A stretch of 30,838 nucleotides of DNA from a virus (IMGVR_UViG_2917413769_000005); one strand, 5' to 3'. Positions 8,534 to 18,034 are shown, numbered from the stretch's first letter. A program made the numbers and translations. The notes: a model not told the origin generated them from the letters alone.

Positions 8534-9555
8534 TATGCGGCCCTCACAATGTAGTTAAACGCGACGTTACGTGGGCGTGTTTCCGCGCCGCCAGTATTGC
8601 CAACCCGGCCTTTTGTATGCAACGTAGGTGAAGCAATCAAAGTTCCGGGCGCTGCCGCGTCAATCCCTCGCCCTTGCACGTATGTTGATTTAACGATTAC
8701 CCCGATATCCCATTCATCCGTAGTATCGTAACCTTCATTTGCCACGATAATATGTCGGTGCTTTTCCAGCATTCCCAATTCTGTACTTAACAAACCCCGA
8801 CCAGAGTTGACACCGCGCCCATCATCCCAGCCCCGCAAAAATTCGCCTCGCAGATCTGGCAATTTGCCAGTTGAGTAAACTTTTGCCAGCTTCGGATATT
8901 TTGCTGTATCAAATGTTGCGCCGTTACACTTTAACCACCCCTCTGGAGGCGTTGCCTGCGGCCACGGAAGCGGAAAGCCCACAGGGATATATTTATCAAT
9001 ATCCGCTGTTTTGAGATATTGGGGGTGCGGGTCAGCGGCGGCAAGATGTGCGGCCAGTTGCTGATCCACATATGCCTTCACTTCAATAACGGCATCATCA
9101 ACATATTTACGGGTTGCCAGCACCACGGACGGATCGATTTTCAGCGTTACCGCCTCGGTACTGCTGACGATCAGGATTACGCGAATGACCTGCACGCGCC
9201 CGCTGCCTTCCTGCAACTGCGGTTTGTAGGTCTCAGCACAGTTGGCAACCGCAATCATATCGCCGTCTTTATCAAACAGGCCGATCTCACGGATCCACCA
9301 CCCGCCCACGTCTTCAGGTATAACCTGTTCCGCAATAATCTGATTGGTGTTTACGGGATCGATAGTCAGCATGTTCAGTTGCGCGCGGCGCAGCTCATGC
9401 GTCAGCGCGGTTTGTGCCGGGTTCGGTGTCGGCAGCACACCATTGCCATCACCCACGGCCATCTGGGTGATCTCAACCTTCGCACCCAATGCCGTGGCGT
9501 TTGCCAGCTTTGCCGCCCCGATGTTGGTTAACAGGGCAAAATATTTAGTCGCCAC
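8533..9555 (-). CDS. H: tail fibre protein (P2 H-like N-terminus, collar-type C-terminal domain)
   Basis: N-terminus ...NIGAAKLANATALGAKVEITQMAVGDGNG...GSGRVQVIRVILIVSS matches the P2 H anchor domain; C-terminus GWLKCNGATF...LPDLRGEFLRGW resembles the phage tail collar motif; GTG start at 9555 with GGAG upstream (ORF track gives 9576). Confidence 0.75.
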   Translation of the reverse strand: MATKYFALLTNIGAAKLANATALGAKVEITQMAVGDGNGVLPTPNPAQTALTHELRRAQLNMLTIDPVNTNQIIAEQVIPEDVGGWWIREIGLFDKDGDMIAVANCAETYKPQLQEGSGRVQVIRVILIVSSTEAVTLKIDPSVVLATRKYVDDAVIEVKAYVDQQLAAHLAAADPHPQYLKTADIDKYIPVGFPLPWPQATPPEGWLKCNGATFDTAKYPKLAKVYSTGKLPDLRGEFLRGWDDGRGVNSGRGLLSTELGMLEKHRHIIVANEGYDTTDEWDIGVIVKSTYVQGRGIDAAAPGTLIASPTLHTKGRVGNTGGAETRPRNVAFNYIVRAA

Positions 9556-10159
9556 TTGCGATCTCCACGGTATCAATTAAATGGACTGCCGCGCCGGTGT
9601 AGTCACCACCGCCCACGGATATGGTTTCCGGAAAATAAGGGTAAACGGTCAGCGTATCGCCGATATAACATCCCGCCCCGACTTCGATATACCCCTGCGA
9701 CTGAAGCGAAAGGGACAGGCCAGTCAGGTGGCGACTTCTCGGCTTTGCATCGTCAATAAGGCGCTCAAGCTCAAGATAGGTTTCCTCCGTAATCCCCTGT
9801 TCCTGAATACCGATTTCAAGCTTGAATGTTCCCGGTTCTTCGCCGCTTTGCCACCACTCGATCACGCGCAGCAGAAAGCCGAAAGGTTCAACGACGCGGC
9901 GCAAAGCGGAAATGGTGCCCTTCTGACGGTGAACCAGCCAGGAAGCTTTAATCACCTGCCGTTTAGTCTGTTCTGACCAGTTCTTATCCCAGCGGTCAAC
10001 AGACAGCGCCCAGGCGAGATAAGGCAGAAGATCAGCCGGACATTCGTCCGGGTTCCACAGCTTGCGCAGGTCAACAGGAATATCGGTAAGCCGTTCCGTC
10101 ACCTTCTCCGTACTGCGCATAAAACCGCTGGCCGAAGGCGGCAGCATGTTGTTATTCAT
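9545..10159 (-). CDS. I: baseplate assembly protein I
   Basis: ...LRKLWNPDECPADLLPYLAWALSVDRWD...VIKAS... matches P2 gpI; ATG at 10159 has a GGGGG RBS; overlaps the J stop. Confidence 0.8.
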   Translation of the reverse strand: MNNNMLPPSASGFMRSTEKVTERLTDIPVDLRKLWNPDECPADLLPYLAWALSVDRWDKNWSEQTKRQVIKASWLVHRQKGTISALRRVVEPFGFLLRVIEWWQSGEEPGTFKLEIGIQEQGITEETYLELERLIDDAKPRSRHLTGLSLSLQSQGYIEVGAGCYIGDTLTVYPYFPETISVGGGDYTGAAVHLIDTVEIASGD

Positions 10160-11048
10160 CGGTGCCCCCAGTCTCGATCGTGAAGGACTCACACCGCGCC
10201 GCCTGCGTATCGGCGATCACAATATCGCTGGCAGGCTCCAGCAGTTCTACCCTCTGCACGCCCTGAACATGCAGCGCCGCCATAATGGCTGAGCGGGCAA
10301 CGTCACGGCCAATCTTGCCCTGCTGATTCAGCCAGGACTGAAGCGCGTCCTGCGCGGCGGTATGGATTGGTTCAGACTCCGGGCCGGGGTAGAAATACAG
10401 CAGCGCATTGATCTGATAATTCACTATCTCCGCTGCCTGAACGGTCAGACGATCGGCAACGGGGCGCTTATCGTCAGCAGACAGCGCTTTATCCACCGTC
10501 GCCAGCAATTCCGCACTGGCAGTGCCGTCGCCTTCGGTGGACAGCACAGAGACCACCACCACGGCAGGCGACGGGCTGATCGCTTTGGCGTCCGCCACTT
10601 TGCCGCTGGCACTTTTGGCAAAATATTCATATGCGCCAGTTGGCCCCGCCACGCTTAGCCCTTCAAACGCAGCCTGCGCCCGCAAACGCAGTGCGGTATC
10701 ACTTTCCGTTACCGCGTCAGTAGTTGCCGTCTCCGGGTTGATGATCAGGCGTTCGGTGTTCAGGTTGCCCGCGAGATTATCAAGATCGGACGATACGGCA
10801 TGGCTCAACATGCACGCCGCCGCGCCATCATTAATCCGCTGCCTGAGCATCATTTCACGGTAGGCAACCACCTGGGCGATCACGTTCAGCGGTTCGGATT
10901 CCAGCTCCAGCGCGGCGGCAACAGAAACCTGCTGTTCCTGCGGGAATGCCGCCAGCATGACGGCTTTGACCTCGCTGAGAATGACTTCAAAGTCCAGCAC
11001 TTCGATAATTTGCGGCTGCGGTAGCTGCGATAAATCAACTGTTGCCAT
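10152..11048 (-). CDS. J: baseplate assembly protein J
   Basis: MATVDLSQLPQPQIIEVLDFE...RVELLEP...TGGTDE matches P2 gpJ; ATG 11048 preceded by CAGGAG. Confidence 0.85.
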   Translation of the reverse strand: MATVDLSQLPQPQIIEVLDFEVILSEVKAVMLAAFPQEQQVSVAAALELESEPLNVIAQVVAYREMMLRQRINDGAAACMLSHAVSSDLDNLAGNLNTERLIINPETATTDAVTESDTALRLRAQAAFEGLSVAGPTGAYEYFAKSASGKVADAKAISPSPAVVVVSVLSTEGDGTASAELLATVDKALSADDKRPVADRLTVQAAEIVNYQINALLYFYPGPESEPIHTAAQDALQSWLNQQGKIGRDVARSAIMAALHVQGVQRVELLEPASDIVIADTQAARCESFTIETGGTDE

Positions 11049-11403
11049 TGCTGCCACTCCTGAGCGTCAGCGCACTGCCTGCCGTCTGCATGGTTTCGGT
11101 GATAATGCCGACCAGTTCAGCGGTGACAACGCCATCCTTTGAATAACTGATATTGATGCCGTTCAGGGCAATACGCGGCTCCCACATCGTCAGGGCGATC
11201 ACCGCCGCACTCATACATTGCAGGCGCGTCACTTCGTTTTGCGGTTCATCCAGCAGATCGGGGATCATGCTGCCATAATCCCGCCGCATCACCCGGCTTG
11301 CCAGCGGCGTGGTCAGTATGTCGCGCACTGAATTCCACAGCTGATCGGTATCGGTAAGCTGGCCCGTGCCGTCCGGGTTCATGCCAATATAGCGGACTGT
11401 CAT
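11035..11403 (-). CDS. W: baseplate assembly protein W
   Basis: 122 aa MTVRYIGMNPDG...RVMRRDYGS... matches P2 gpW; ATG overlaps the V stop (ATGA). Confidence 0.85.
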   Translation of the reverse strand: MTVRYIGMNPDGTGQLTDTDQLWNSVRDILTTPLASRVMRRDYGSMIPDLLDEPQNEVTRLQCMSAAVIALTMWEPRIALNGINISYSKDGVVTAELVGIITETMQTAGSALTLRSGSNGNS

Positions 11404-11981
11404 TTCGGCCCCCCGGTGTTGCTGCTGCCACCCTGCACACCACTATGTACGTGCGAATGAACCGTCACCCCGTTAGACGTAAGCGATCCGCCAGAATGGG
11501 TAACATTGCCCTTCATCGTGCCGCCCTCCGACAGTTCGAACGTCCGCGCTTTCAGATGGTCGGTACATTCTACAATCGGTGTTTCAAGCGTGACGCTGGC
11601 AGAGGCTTTGATATGTGCTGTCTTCATGCCCTGCGCTTCCAGCGCGCTGGCTTCTGCGTCATAGCGGAAAGAGGCTCCGTCTGGCGCTGTCAGCACAATC
11701 TCTTTCAGGCTGCTGCCCGGCGCAGGGTTGTCACTGCTGTAGAGACTGCCGATAATGACCGCTGTTTCAGGGTTGCCACCGATACAGCCCAGCCAGACCT
11801 GCTCACCCACGGAAGGCGGCACCCAGATACTGAATGCTCCGGCGCGCGTGGTGTTCCAGCGCAGCCAGTCGGTCTGAAGCTCGCCGCTTTGCACGCGCAC
11901 GCGCCAGCTCTCTTCATCAACAGCAATAACGACGCCGACGCGGAGGATATTTTCCAGCAGGCGGATCAGTTCAGCGCTCAT
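11400..11981 (-). CDS. V: baseplate spike/assembly protein V
   Basis: 193 aa with ...WLRW...VGEQVW...G..THSGG..SNGVTVHSHVHSG... typical of P2 gpV; ATG overlaps the S stop. Confidence 0.85.
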   Translation of the reverse strand: MSAELIRLLENILRVGVVIAVDEESWRVRVQSGELQTDWLRWNTTRAGAFSIWVPPSVGEQVWLGCIGGNPETAVIIGSLYSSDNPAPGSSLKEIVLTAPDGASFRYDAEASALEAQGMKTAHIKASASVTLETPIVECTDHLKARTFELSEGGTMKGNVTHSGGSLTSNGVTVHSHVHSGVQGGSSNTGGPK

Positions 11982-12616
11982 CGTGCGGCACTCCCCAGGC
12001 TGTTAACCACCTGTTCCGTAATCATCCGCTCATCGCCAGCGGTAAAGCCCAGCAGCTCACGCACCGGATATTTAGCAAAGGCACCCGGCCCGACCTGATC
12101 GCGCTGGCCGTACTGGTGCACACGCGCAATGCGTGCCACCACACCGTCATAACCCACGGAAGTGCCGCCAGCATCAGCGCGCATTTTGAGAAAGCGATAG
12201 CTGCGCAGCCTCTGAAACATCGGCACTTTCTTTGCGGTGCTGCGGCGCACTGAGCGTGTATTGATCTCGATGTAACGCTCAATGTCGCTGCGGTAAAAGG
12301 TGCGAATATCGTTGCGCTCTTCGTCAAAGCCGGTAATGGTTCGCCCGTATTTTCCCCGGCCACCGTGCCAGTTTTTGAGGCGGCGGATCTCGCCCTGCCA
12401 GACAAACACAATGCCCTGTTGAGAACGTAGCACCCGGCGACGGCGGGCAGGATATGGCGAGCCTTCCGGGTTTTGCTGGGCTTTAATGCGCTGTTGCTGG
12501 CTCTTTCGCAGTGCCTGACCAACCGCGCGGGCGGTGCGAATACGTCCGGCCTGAGAGGTGCCCGCCAGTATGTCGCTGAAGACCTGATCCAGCTCACGGA
12601 AGAGATCGTTACTCAT
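11978..12616 (-). CDS. S: tail completion / virion morphogenesis protein (S-like)
   Basis: Sits between R and V as in P2; 212 aa; ATG 12616 with GGGAGG RBS, overlapping the R stop. Confidence 0.65.
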   Translation of the reverse strand: MSNDLFRELDQVFSDILAGTSQAGRIRTARAVGQALRKSQQQRIKAQQNPEGSPYPARRRRVLRSQQGIVFVWQGEIRRLKNWHGGRGKYGRTITGFDEERNDIRTFYRSDIERYIEINTRSVRRSTAKKVPMFQRLRSYRFLKMRADAGGTSVGYDGVVARIARVHQYGQRDQVGPGAFAKYPVRELLGFTAGDERMITEQVVNSLGSAAR

Positions 12617-13079
12617 GGGCGTCAGCCTCCCATGTCACATCCTCAAAGATGGCGCTCCAGTCACCGTCCGCTGACGGGATGCGCGGCTTAGGCTCCGGCA
12701 AATGTTCCGCGCGCGGAATGCCGTTTGCATCCAGAGTGACCTTCACGCGCTCGCGCAGCGGCATTTCAAAAAGAATGTCGGCGGTATCGTCGTTGTTGAT
12801 AAGGGTCGTAAATTTAATGTCCCGGTTTTTCTCAGGGTTCAGCAGCAGATCGGGCTGGTTGTGCCAGAGCCATGCCATTAACGGCAACGTGAAATCATCA
12901 ATATCACCGGCAAAATTCATCACAAACAGCACCAGGGTATAACGGTACATAAACGATGGTGTTTCGCCGGTCGTCTCGATGTTCCCTTCTTCCACAAAAA
13001 CGGTGAAGGCTTCAGGGTTGGCCCTGCACCATTTGTTAGCGCTGGTCAGGGTCTCGCGGAGTGAATCAGCTTTTAACAT
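12609..13079 (-). CDS. R: tail completion protein R
   Basis: MLKADSLRETLTSA...YRYTL...LMAWLWHNQPD matches P2 gpR; RBS AAGAGGT. Confidence 0.8.
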   Translation of the reverse strand: MLKADSLRETLTSANKWCRANPEAFTVFVEEGNIETTGETPSFMYRYTLVLFVMNFAGDIDDFTLPLMAWLWHNQPDLLLNPEKNRDIKFTTLINNDDTADILFEMPLRERVKVTLDANGIPRAEHLPEPKPRIPSADGDWSAIFEDVTWEADAHE

Positions 13080-13083
13080 GGCG

Positions 13084-13614
13084 CTACCTCTTAGGCGGAG
13101 TCGCTATTGAACCGTATGCGGCTTCACAGGCCAGCCCTCTGGCTCTTGCCTCATCAGCCTCTCTTGCCAGCTCTCCCGCTCGCTCGTCAGCGCGGCGGAA
13201 CAGGTCGGCGAGCAATACGGCTCCGCTGGTTTCTGTCTCGCCTCTGCCGGTAGTACCGGCACCGCAGGCGCGTTCACGTTCTTCCAGTTGCTTAGCGAGT
13301 TTATCGGCCCTGTCGTGCAGCCCACGAGAAGCAGCACGGGCACGATCGGCATCAGCCTGGACGCCAGCAAGCTGCTGGCGGGCTTGTTTTCTGATCTCAT
13401 CAACTTCCCCCTGTCGGCGTTGTTCTTCTTCCCTGGCCTCTACCTGACGCTTAGCCAGTTCTGTAGCATCGTCAGCATCACGCTGTTTCCATTTCAGCGC
13501 CCAGGCCGTATTAGCCTGACGGGTGCCGTGCCATGAACCAGAAAAGAACGCGCCCCCCAGAATTAGCGCAACCAGAAGGACGCGCCAGTGTGACCTGAAC
13601 CATGCCGGAATCAT
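13084..13614 (-). CDS. i-spanin (Rz/LysB-like)
   Basis: Start ATG 13612-13614 overlaps the endolysin stop (ATGA); N-terminal TM segment WRVLLVALILGGAFF followed by charged coiled-coil region. Confidence 0.7.
   Translation of the reverse strand: MIPAWFRSHWRVLLVALILGGAFFSGSWHGTRQANTAWALKWKQRDADDATELAKRQVEAREEEQRRQGEVDEIRKQARQQLAGVQADADRARAASRGLHDRADKLAKQLEERERACGAGTTGRGETETSGAVLLADLFRRADERAGELAREADEARARGLACEAAYGSIATPPKR
13104..13352 (-). CDS. o-spanin lipoprotein (Rz1/LysC-like), fully embedded in the i-spanin gene in another frame
   Basis: Embedded ORF with signal peptide and lipobox (MPIVPVLLLVGC), Pro-rich mature part; start could instead be at 13403. Confidence 0.55.
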   Translation of the reverse strand: MPIVPVLLLVGCTTGPINSLSNWKNVNAPAVPVLPAEARQKPAEPYCSPTCSAALTSERESWQERLMRQEPEGWPVKPHTVQ

Positions 13615-14000
13615 GCAGGGTAAACCGCATAAGGTAGCTGGAAGTGCGGCCCATCTTTCAGGGTCTTCCAGTCGCCGCCCCATTCAACGGGAATATTCAG
13701 CTCTTTGCCTGCCTGTTTGAAGGCGTCGGAAATCTGCTGGTAATATTTCCAGTCCCATGAGCCTGCCGGAGTGGGGTACGCAAACACATCCACCGCATGG
13801 CCTGAAATATGCCTGCTGTTCATCGTCTGGCTTTTCCCCTCAGCAACAAGCTGTTTTTGCCGCTCAACAGAGCGCAACCCTTCGGTGATACCAAAATCGA
13901 CGGCTGAAATCTGAAGGGCACGACGGACGATTTTCACAAGGTCAGCGTTAACACCTTTCAGGTTATTTTCACTTCTCTGACTGAATTTAAATTCACTCAT
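13611..14000 (-). CDS. endolysin, L-alanyl-D-glutamate peptidase type (M15-like)
   Basis: MSEFKFSQRSENNLKGVNADLVKIVRRAL...SRHISGHAVDV...WGGDW resembles T5-type peptidase endolysins; lies between holin and spanins. Confidence 0.7.
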   Translation of the reverse strand: MSEFKFSQRSENNLKGVNADLVKIVRRALQISAVDFGITEGLRSVERQKQLVAEGKSQTMNSRHISGHAVDVFAYPTPAGSWDWKYYQQISDAFKQAGKELNIPVEWGGDWKTLKDGPHFQLPYAVYPA

Positions 14001-14322
14001 TTCCTTTCGCTCCCCCGATACGGGTTTCAATAAAGCCGGTCACTTTGTTGCGTACCTTGTCAGCCCCCATAAATCCGATTGACGCACCCACGAAGGTGAC
14101 GGCATTGGATGGCAGGCCCAGATATTCAAGCGATCCGGCAACCGCCAGCGTGACAATCCCGCAGACCAGTGAACCGGTGGCGGTTTTCAGCATTGACTGG
14201 CCGTCATACAGACTCATCAGCGCCGATATGCTCAACGCTGCACCTGCCGCGTAGAGCGTCGGCAGATATGTAGCAATCCATTTCATTGTTTGTTCCAGCA
14301 TCCCCGTAGGTACGTCGCTCAT
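13993..14322 (-). CDS. holin
   Basis: 109-aa protein with hydrophobic membrane segments, directly upstream of the endolysin; ATG 14322 with GAGAGG RBS. Confidence 0.65.
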   Translation of the reverse strand: MSDVPTGMLEQTMKWIATYLPTLYAAGAALSISALMSLYDGQSMLKTATGSLVCGIVTLAVAGSLEYLGLPSNAVTFVGASIGFMGADKVRNKVTGFIETRIGGAKGNE

Positions 14323-14331
14323 GGCAACCTC

Positions 14332-14532
14332 TCAATCCCAAAGCTGCACCATCTCCCGCTGCGCTTTGCTCGCGATTTCCGGCAGTTCAATCTCCTGACC
14401 GGCATCAAGAAAAACCTGCTGGCTCAGTCCGGGATTGGCAGATAACACTTTTTCGGTCACGCCCTGGGTGGTGCCGTAGTGACGCCAGCAAAGCAAATCC
14501 ACCGTATCCCCCTGCAATGCCTTCACTTTCAT
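14332..14532 (-). CDS. X: tail protein X (LysM-like)
   Basis: MKVKALQGDTVDLLCWRHYG...VLSANPGL matches P2 gpX; start overlaps the L stop (TGATG). Confidence 0.8.
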   Translation of the reverse strand: MKVKALQGDTVDLLCWRHYGTTQGVTEKVLSANPGLSQQVFLDAGQEIELPEIASKAQREMVQLWD

Positions 14533-15056
14533 CAGCAAAGCTCCGCATAGAGGCGCGGCGTGTCGCGAATGTCGGCAATACTCCAGCGGGCATCCCGCCA
14601 GAGATCATCCCGTTGCAGGTCAAGCGCGGCGGCGTCTTTGTCGCCTTTAGCCGTGGTATCGACATCGCGATAACCTTCAAGTACCAGCGCCCTGGCAATC
14701 GAATAAACCGCACGCAGGAAGCGGTAGACCTTCACGTTTTCACCATTGATCATCAGCTTTTCCATCTCACCTGATGGCAGGGCTGAAGGCACATCTTCCA
14801 GAGTCTGAAAACCTGCTTTGAGCTGACAGGCGCGCCAGTCCAGCAACTGCGAGGTGACATGGGCGACCGCTTCCGTGGTGACGTGCATCAGCCTGGACGT
14901 GGTGATACCACCTGTGATGCGCGCGGCCAGACGGAGATCGGCGAGTTTAATCACCGGCCAGAAGTCCCCGGCACTGACGGTGGTATCACCATCATCAACA
15001 TCTGGGGTATCGCTGTCGGCAGGCAACACGCGCTTATTAGCCACAAGGCTGCTCAT
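14532..15056 (-). CDS. L: head completion/stabilisation protein L
   Basis: Position between M and X as in P2; ATG 15056 preceded by GGGAGA. Confidence 0.75.
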   Translation of the reverse strand: MSSLVANKRVLPADSDTPDVDDGDTTVSAGDFWPVIKLADLRLAARITGGITTSRLMHVTTEAVAHVTSQLLDWRACQLKAGFQTLEDVPSALPSGEMEKLMINGENVKVYRFLRAVYSIARALVLEGYRDVDTTAKGDKDAAALDLQRDDLWRDARWSIADIRDTPRLYAELC

Positions 15057-15154
15057 GCACTTATCTCCCATAAATCAGGCGGTGGGCGGGTGGTTAAAAG
15101 ACCGTAAACGGGCAGATATCCACCCGCGCCGCCTGTCGGACGGGGCCGAAGTCG

Positions 15155-16012
15155 TTAATTCTTTTTCTGGCTGGCAGGCTTGCGTTTTATCGCTTTGCCT
15201 GTTGCCGTCTTAGTCGTGGTTTTACGCGCCGTCGCTTTACCTGCTGCGCTGGCGGTGGTGGTCTTTTCAGGAACAGGCTCTGCAGTACCGTCAGTTTTGT
15301 CGGTGCTGGCCGTATCTCCTTCACCCGTGCCGCTATCCGCAGACAGCTTCTTAACTTCACGGGCAAGCGTGGCAATCTCTTTTTTCACCCCGGCGTTGGG
15401 GTTGCGCGTAAGCGCCTCACGGAACAGCGCCAGCGCTTCCACTTTGGTCGTGATATCAGTCGCACCGCGGCGGGCAAGTGCACGGGCCTTGCACAACTTG
15501 GCGCGCACCACATCCGGCATATCACTGTCGGCGACAATTCCCGCCACTTCGTCAAGCACTGCGATACCGGACGACAAATCAGCGTCGGCATCAGCAGCCG
15601 CGAGCGTCAACAGTGGCTTGCTCATTTCTTCGGTCAGGAAGGTCGCTGCCGTGCGGTTGAAGTTATCCGGCAACGTCAGCCCGTGGCGTACTACATAGCG
15701 CCCCAGCCTCAACGCAAGCGCATAGTCACGACAGTCAATCGCCCAGACCATCAGCCTGGTAATGACTTCATCCTGCCGCCCGCTGTCGCCGTCGAGCGTG
15801 CCTTCAATCCATCCCTCATATTCAGGCAGCATGGATTTTTTCATTTCGGCTTTGGTTTCTTCGGACTGCACGCCGCTGAGGCGGGACAAGTCCATACGCA
15901 GGCGATGCAGAATTTGCTCATGCGCGGTGCGCTGGATATCGGATTCTTCATCCGCCTGGCCCCGGCGTTCTGCCATGACCTTCTGAAAATGTCGTTGTGC
16001 CGGTGTTAACAT
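15155..16012 (-). CDS. M: terminase endonuclease (small) subunit M with basic Lys/Thr/Ala-rich C-terminal tail
   Basis: MLTPAQRHFQKV... P2 gpM-like body; C-terminal ~45 aa ...KTTTASAAGKATARKTTTKTATGKAIKRKPASQKKN; ATG 16012 preceded by GGGGAGAAG. Confidence 0.8.
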   Translation of the reverse strand: MLTPAQRHFQKVMAERRGQADEESDIQRTAHEQILHRLRMDLSRLSGVQSEETKAEMKKSMLPEYEGWIEGTLDGDSGRQDEVITRLMVWAIDCRDYALALRLGRYVVRHGLTLPDNFNRTAATFLTEEMSKPLLTLAAADADADLSSGIAVLDEVAGIVADSDMPDVVRAKLCKARALARRGATDITTKVEALALFREALTRNPNAGVKKEIATLAREVKKLSADSGTGEGDTASTDKTDGTAEPVPEKTTTASAAGKATARKTTTKTATGKAIKRKPASQKKN

Positions 16013-16057
16013 CGTCACTTCTCCCCGTCATGGCGGGGCAATGCCCCGCCGCTTCTG

Positions 16058-17107
16058 TCACTCGCCTGCCGGTTCGGCCTGGGCGAACTGAATGCCGTCA
16101 ATGAACGCAACATTGCCGTAGTCTTCAATGACGAAGTCATCGTTTGAAGATTGATACGTTGCGACACGGTTGTATTCCGGCTCTTCTTTGATCGTCCGGC
16201 GCAGACCGCCACGCTGGTAGTACACCGACAGGTTTTTGAACGGCGTGATCAGCACGCCATTTACCGGGAAGTAAGGCGCGATAAAGGTCGGCATATTGCC
16301 TACGCGCTCCTGCGCGACAATCAACTGACCGGCCAGCATTTCGGTATTCGGGTTGGTCTGGCTTAAGGCGTTGATGGCTGAGAAATTGCTGCTCGTCAGC
16401 AGGTCGCCCGCCAGAATCACCACGTTATCCGGGTTACGTTTGTGCCATTCATCCATCAGGCTGTTTTTGGCGTCGTACACCGCAGCGCCAATGTTGCCGT
16501 AGGTGCCTTTTGCGACAACCTTGTTATCTTCATCGCGCGAGGTGATCGTCACATTGGAAATGACGCGGTGCGGCGCTTCCTGGCGGATCTTTTCCAGCCA
16601 GCCAATGCCACAGTCCTGCAACAGCGGGTTAGCGGCACGGTCAGACGGATCGCTGTACTTAACGCCGTTAAAGCCAATCATGATGCGGTCAAGCGACATC
16701 TGGCGGGCCATTGCCTTGCTGATCAGCGGCTGGAACTCCGGCATATGCGCCCACGCATCAAGCTGTTCATAACTGATGCCGTAGTCATAGTTGACCTTGC
16801 GACACATGTAGTCGAACGGCTCCATTGAATGATTTGAGCCAGGGTTGCGACGACTGGTGACGCTGTTGTTTACGCCAGCCATCGGGCCTTTACTGCCGAT
16901 CAGGACTTTCTGGCCGATCTGCTGGTTGACGCCAAACACGTTAATTTTGCTCAGGAAGGAATCATTCTCCTGTGCGGCCTGCTCCAGGCGCTGCTGACGC
17001 GTCGGGTCTACAGCGAATTTTGCAGCAATAGCGGCGGTGGAAACGCCGTTGAGCTGTGCCTGCCGGGCGATGTACTGATCAAATAGCTGGCGGGTATTGT
17101 TATCCAT
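16058..17107 (-). CDS. N: major capsid protein N
   Basis: 349 aa with clear similarity pattern to P2 gpN; position between O and M. Confidence 0.9.
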   Translation of the reverse strand: MDNNTRQLFDQYIARQAQLNGVSTAAIAAKFAVDPTRQQRLEQAAQENDSFLSKINVFGVNQQIGQKVLIGSKGPMAGVNNSVTSRRNPGSNHSMEPFDYMCRKVNYDYGISYEQLDAWAHMPEFQPLISKAMARQMSLDRIMIGFNGVKYSDPSDRAANPLLQDCGIGWLEKIRQEAPHRVISNVTITSRDEDNKVVAKGTYGNIGAAVYDAKNSLMDEWHKRNPDNVVILAGDLLTSSNFSAINALSQTNPNTEMLAGQLIVAQERVGNMPTFIAPYFPVNGVLITPFKNLSVYYQRGGLRRTIKEEPEYNRVATYQSSNDDFVIEDYGNVAFIDGIQFAQAEPAGE

Positions 17108-17130
17108 GTTCTCTGCTCTCTTTGTGAATA

Positions 17131-17967
17131 TCAGTAATCAGCCAGTTGCGCGTTAGCGCCACCGCTCGCGGGTTCCCGCTGGCTGAAATTGGCGTCTGTG
17201 CTTCCCAGCTTGCTGGTCAGCGCGGCAAGATCGGAGGTCAGCTTCTGGATGGCCTGGCTGTCCTGTTCGCGAGCGCGGCTCAGGTCGTTGAAGCTGTCCA
17301 GCAGATCGGCATGGGATTGGGCGACGTTCTCCACGGCGTCACGCACCTGGCTGAACTGCTCACCGTCAGATTTACGGCCTTTGCCGATAATCCCCATGAC
17401 GCGCCCGAACCACTGTTTACCTTCATCGCTGCGCTGCTCAGCCAGTTCGATAATTTCTGCCTCAATGGCATCGGTGAACAGCGGGGCTTCGCCCTGCTGA
17501 TTGTTGAATGACATAACCTGCTGACGCTGCTGCGCGGCAAATTTCAGGCGCTCGGTGCCGAGGCTTGCCGGGGTATCGGTCATCGCCAGCCCCATCACAT
17601 ACGCCTTGCCGTTAAGCGCAAACTGCGGGTGCAGTTCAATGCTGGAGTAAATTTTCTTGCCTTCATCCGTCAGCTTCTTCATGCGCTCAGAAGGTTCAAT
17701 TTCGGCGTAAAGCGCGGTGCGTCCGGCGAGCGGGCCTTCGCTGATATCTTCAGCACTCAGCGCCGTCACATCCCCCATAGCGCCGAAATCACTGCCGGGG
17801 AAAGGCGAAAGATAGTGCTCCACGTTGACGCGTGCGCCGTACACGTCCGGGCTGTAGTTTGCTGCTGCATCACGAAGGTGCTCAGGGCGAATCTCACGCC
17901 CGTCAACGGTGGCACCGGAGACAGCAACGCGGAATTTCTTACGGGCTGGTTTAGCTGCGCTAGCCAT
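17131..17967 (-). CDS. O: capsid scaffolding protein O
   Basis: MASAAKPARKKFRVAVSGATVDGREI... matches the P2 gpO N-terminus; ATG 17967 with AGGA RBS; ORF-track start 18003 lacks an RBS. Confidence 0.85.
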   Translation of the reverse strand: MASAAKPARKKFRVAVSGATVDGREIRPEHLRDAAANYSPDVYGARVNVEHYLSPFPGSDFGAMGDVTALSAEDISEGPLAGRTALYAEIEPSERMKKLTDEGKKIYSSIELHPQFALNGKAYVMGLAMTDTPASLGTERLKFAAQQRQQVMSFNNQQGEAPLFTDAIEAEIIELAEQRSDEGKQWFGRVMGIIGKGRKSDGEQFSQVRDAVENVAQSHADLLDSFNDLSRAREQDSQAIQKLTSDLAALTSKLGSTDANFSQREPASGGANAQLADY

Positions 17968-18034
17968 GTCGATAATCCTGTTGAGTGGTTTCTGTACGGC
18001 CATGATGGCAGAGCGTAACTTGCTGTCTCAACGA

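Noticed and set aside
9019-9531. 170-aa plus-strand ORF inside tail fibre gene H
   Set aside because: Antisense shadow ORF; no RBS; the H frame carries the conserved domains.
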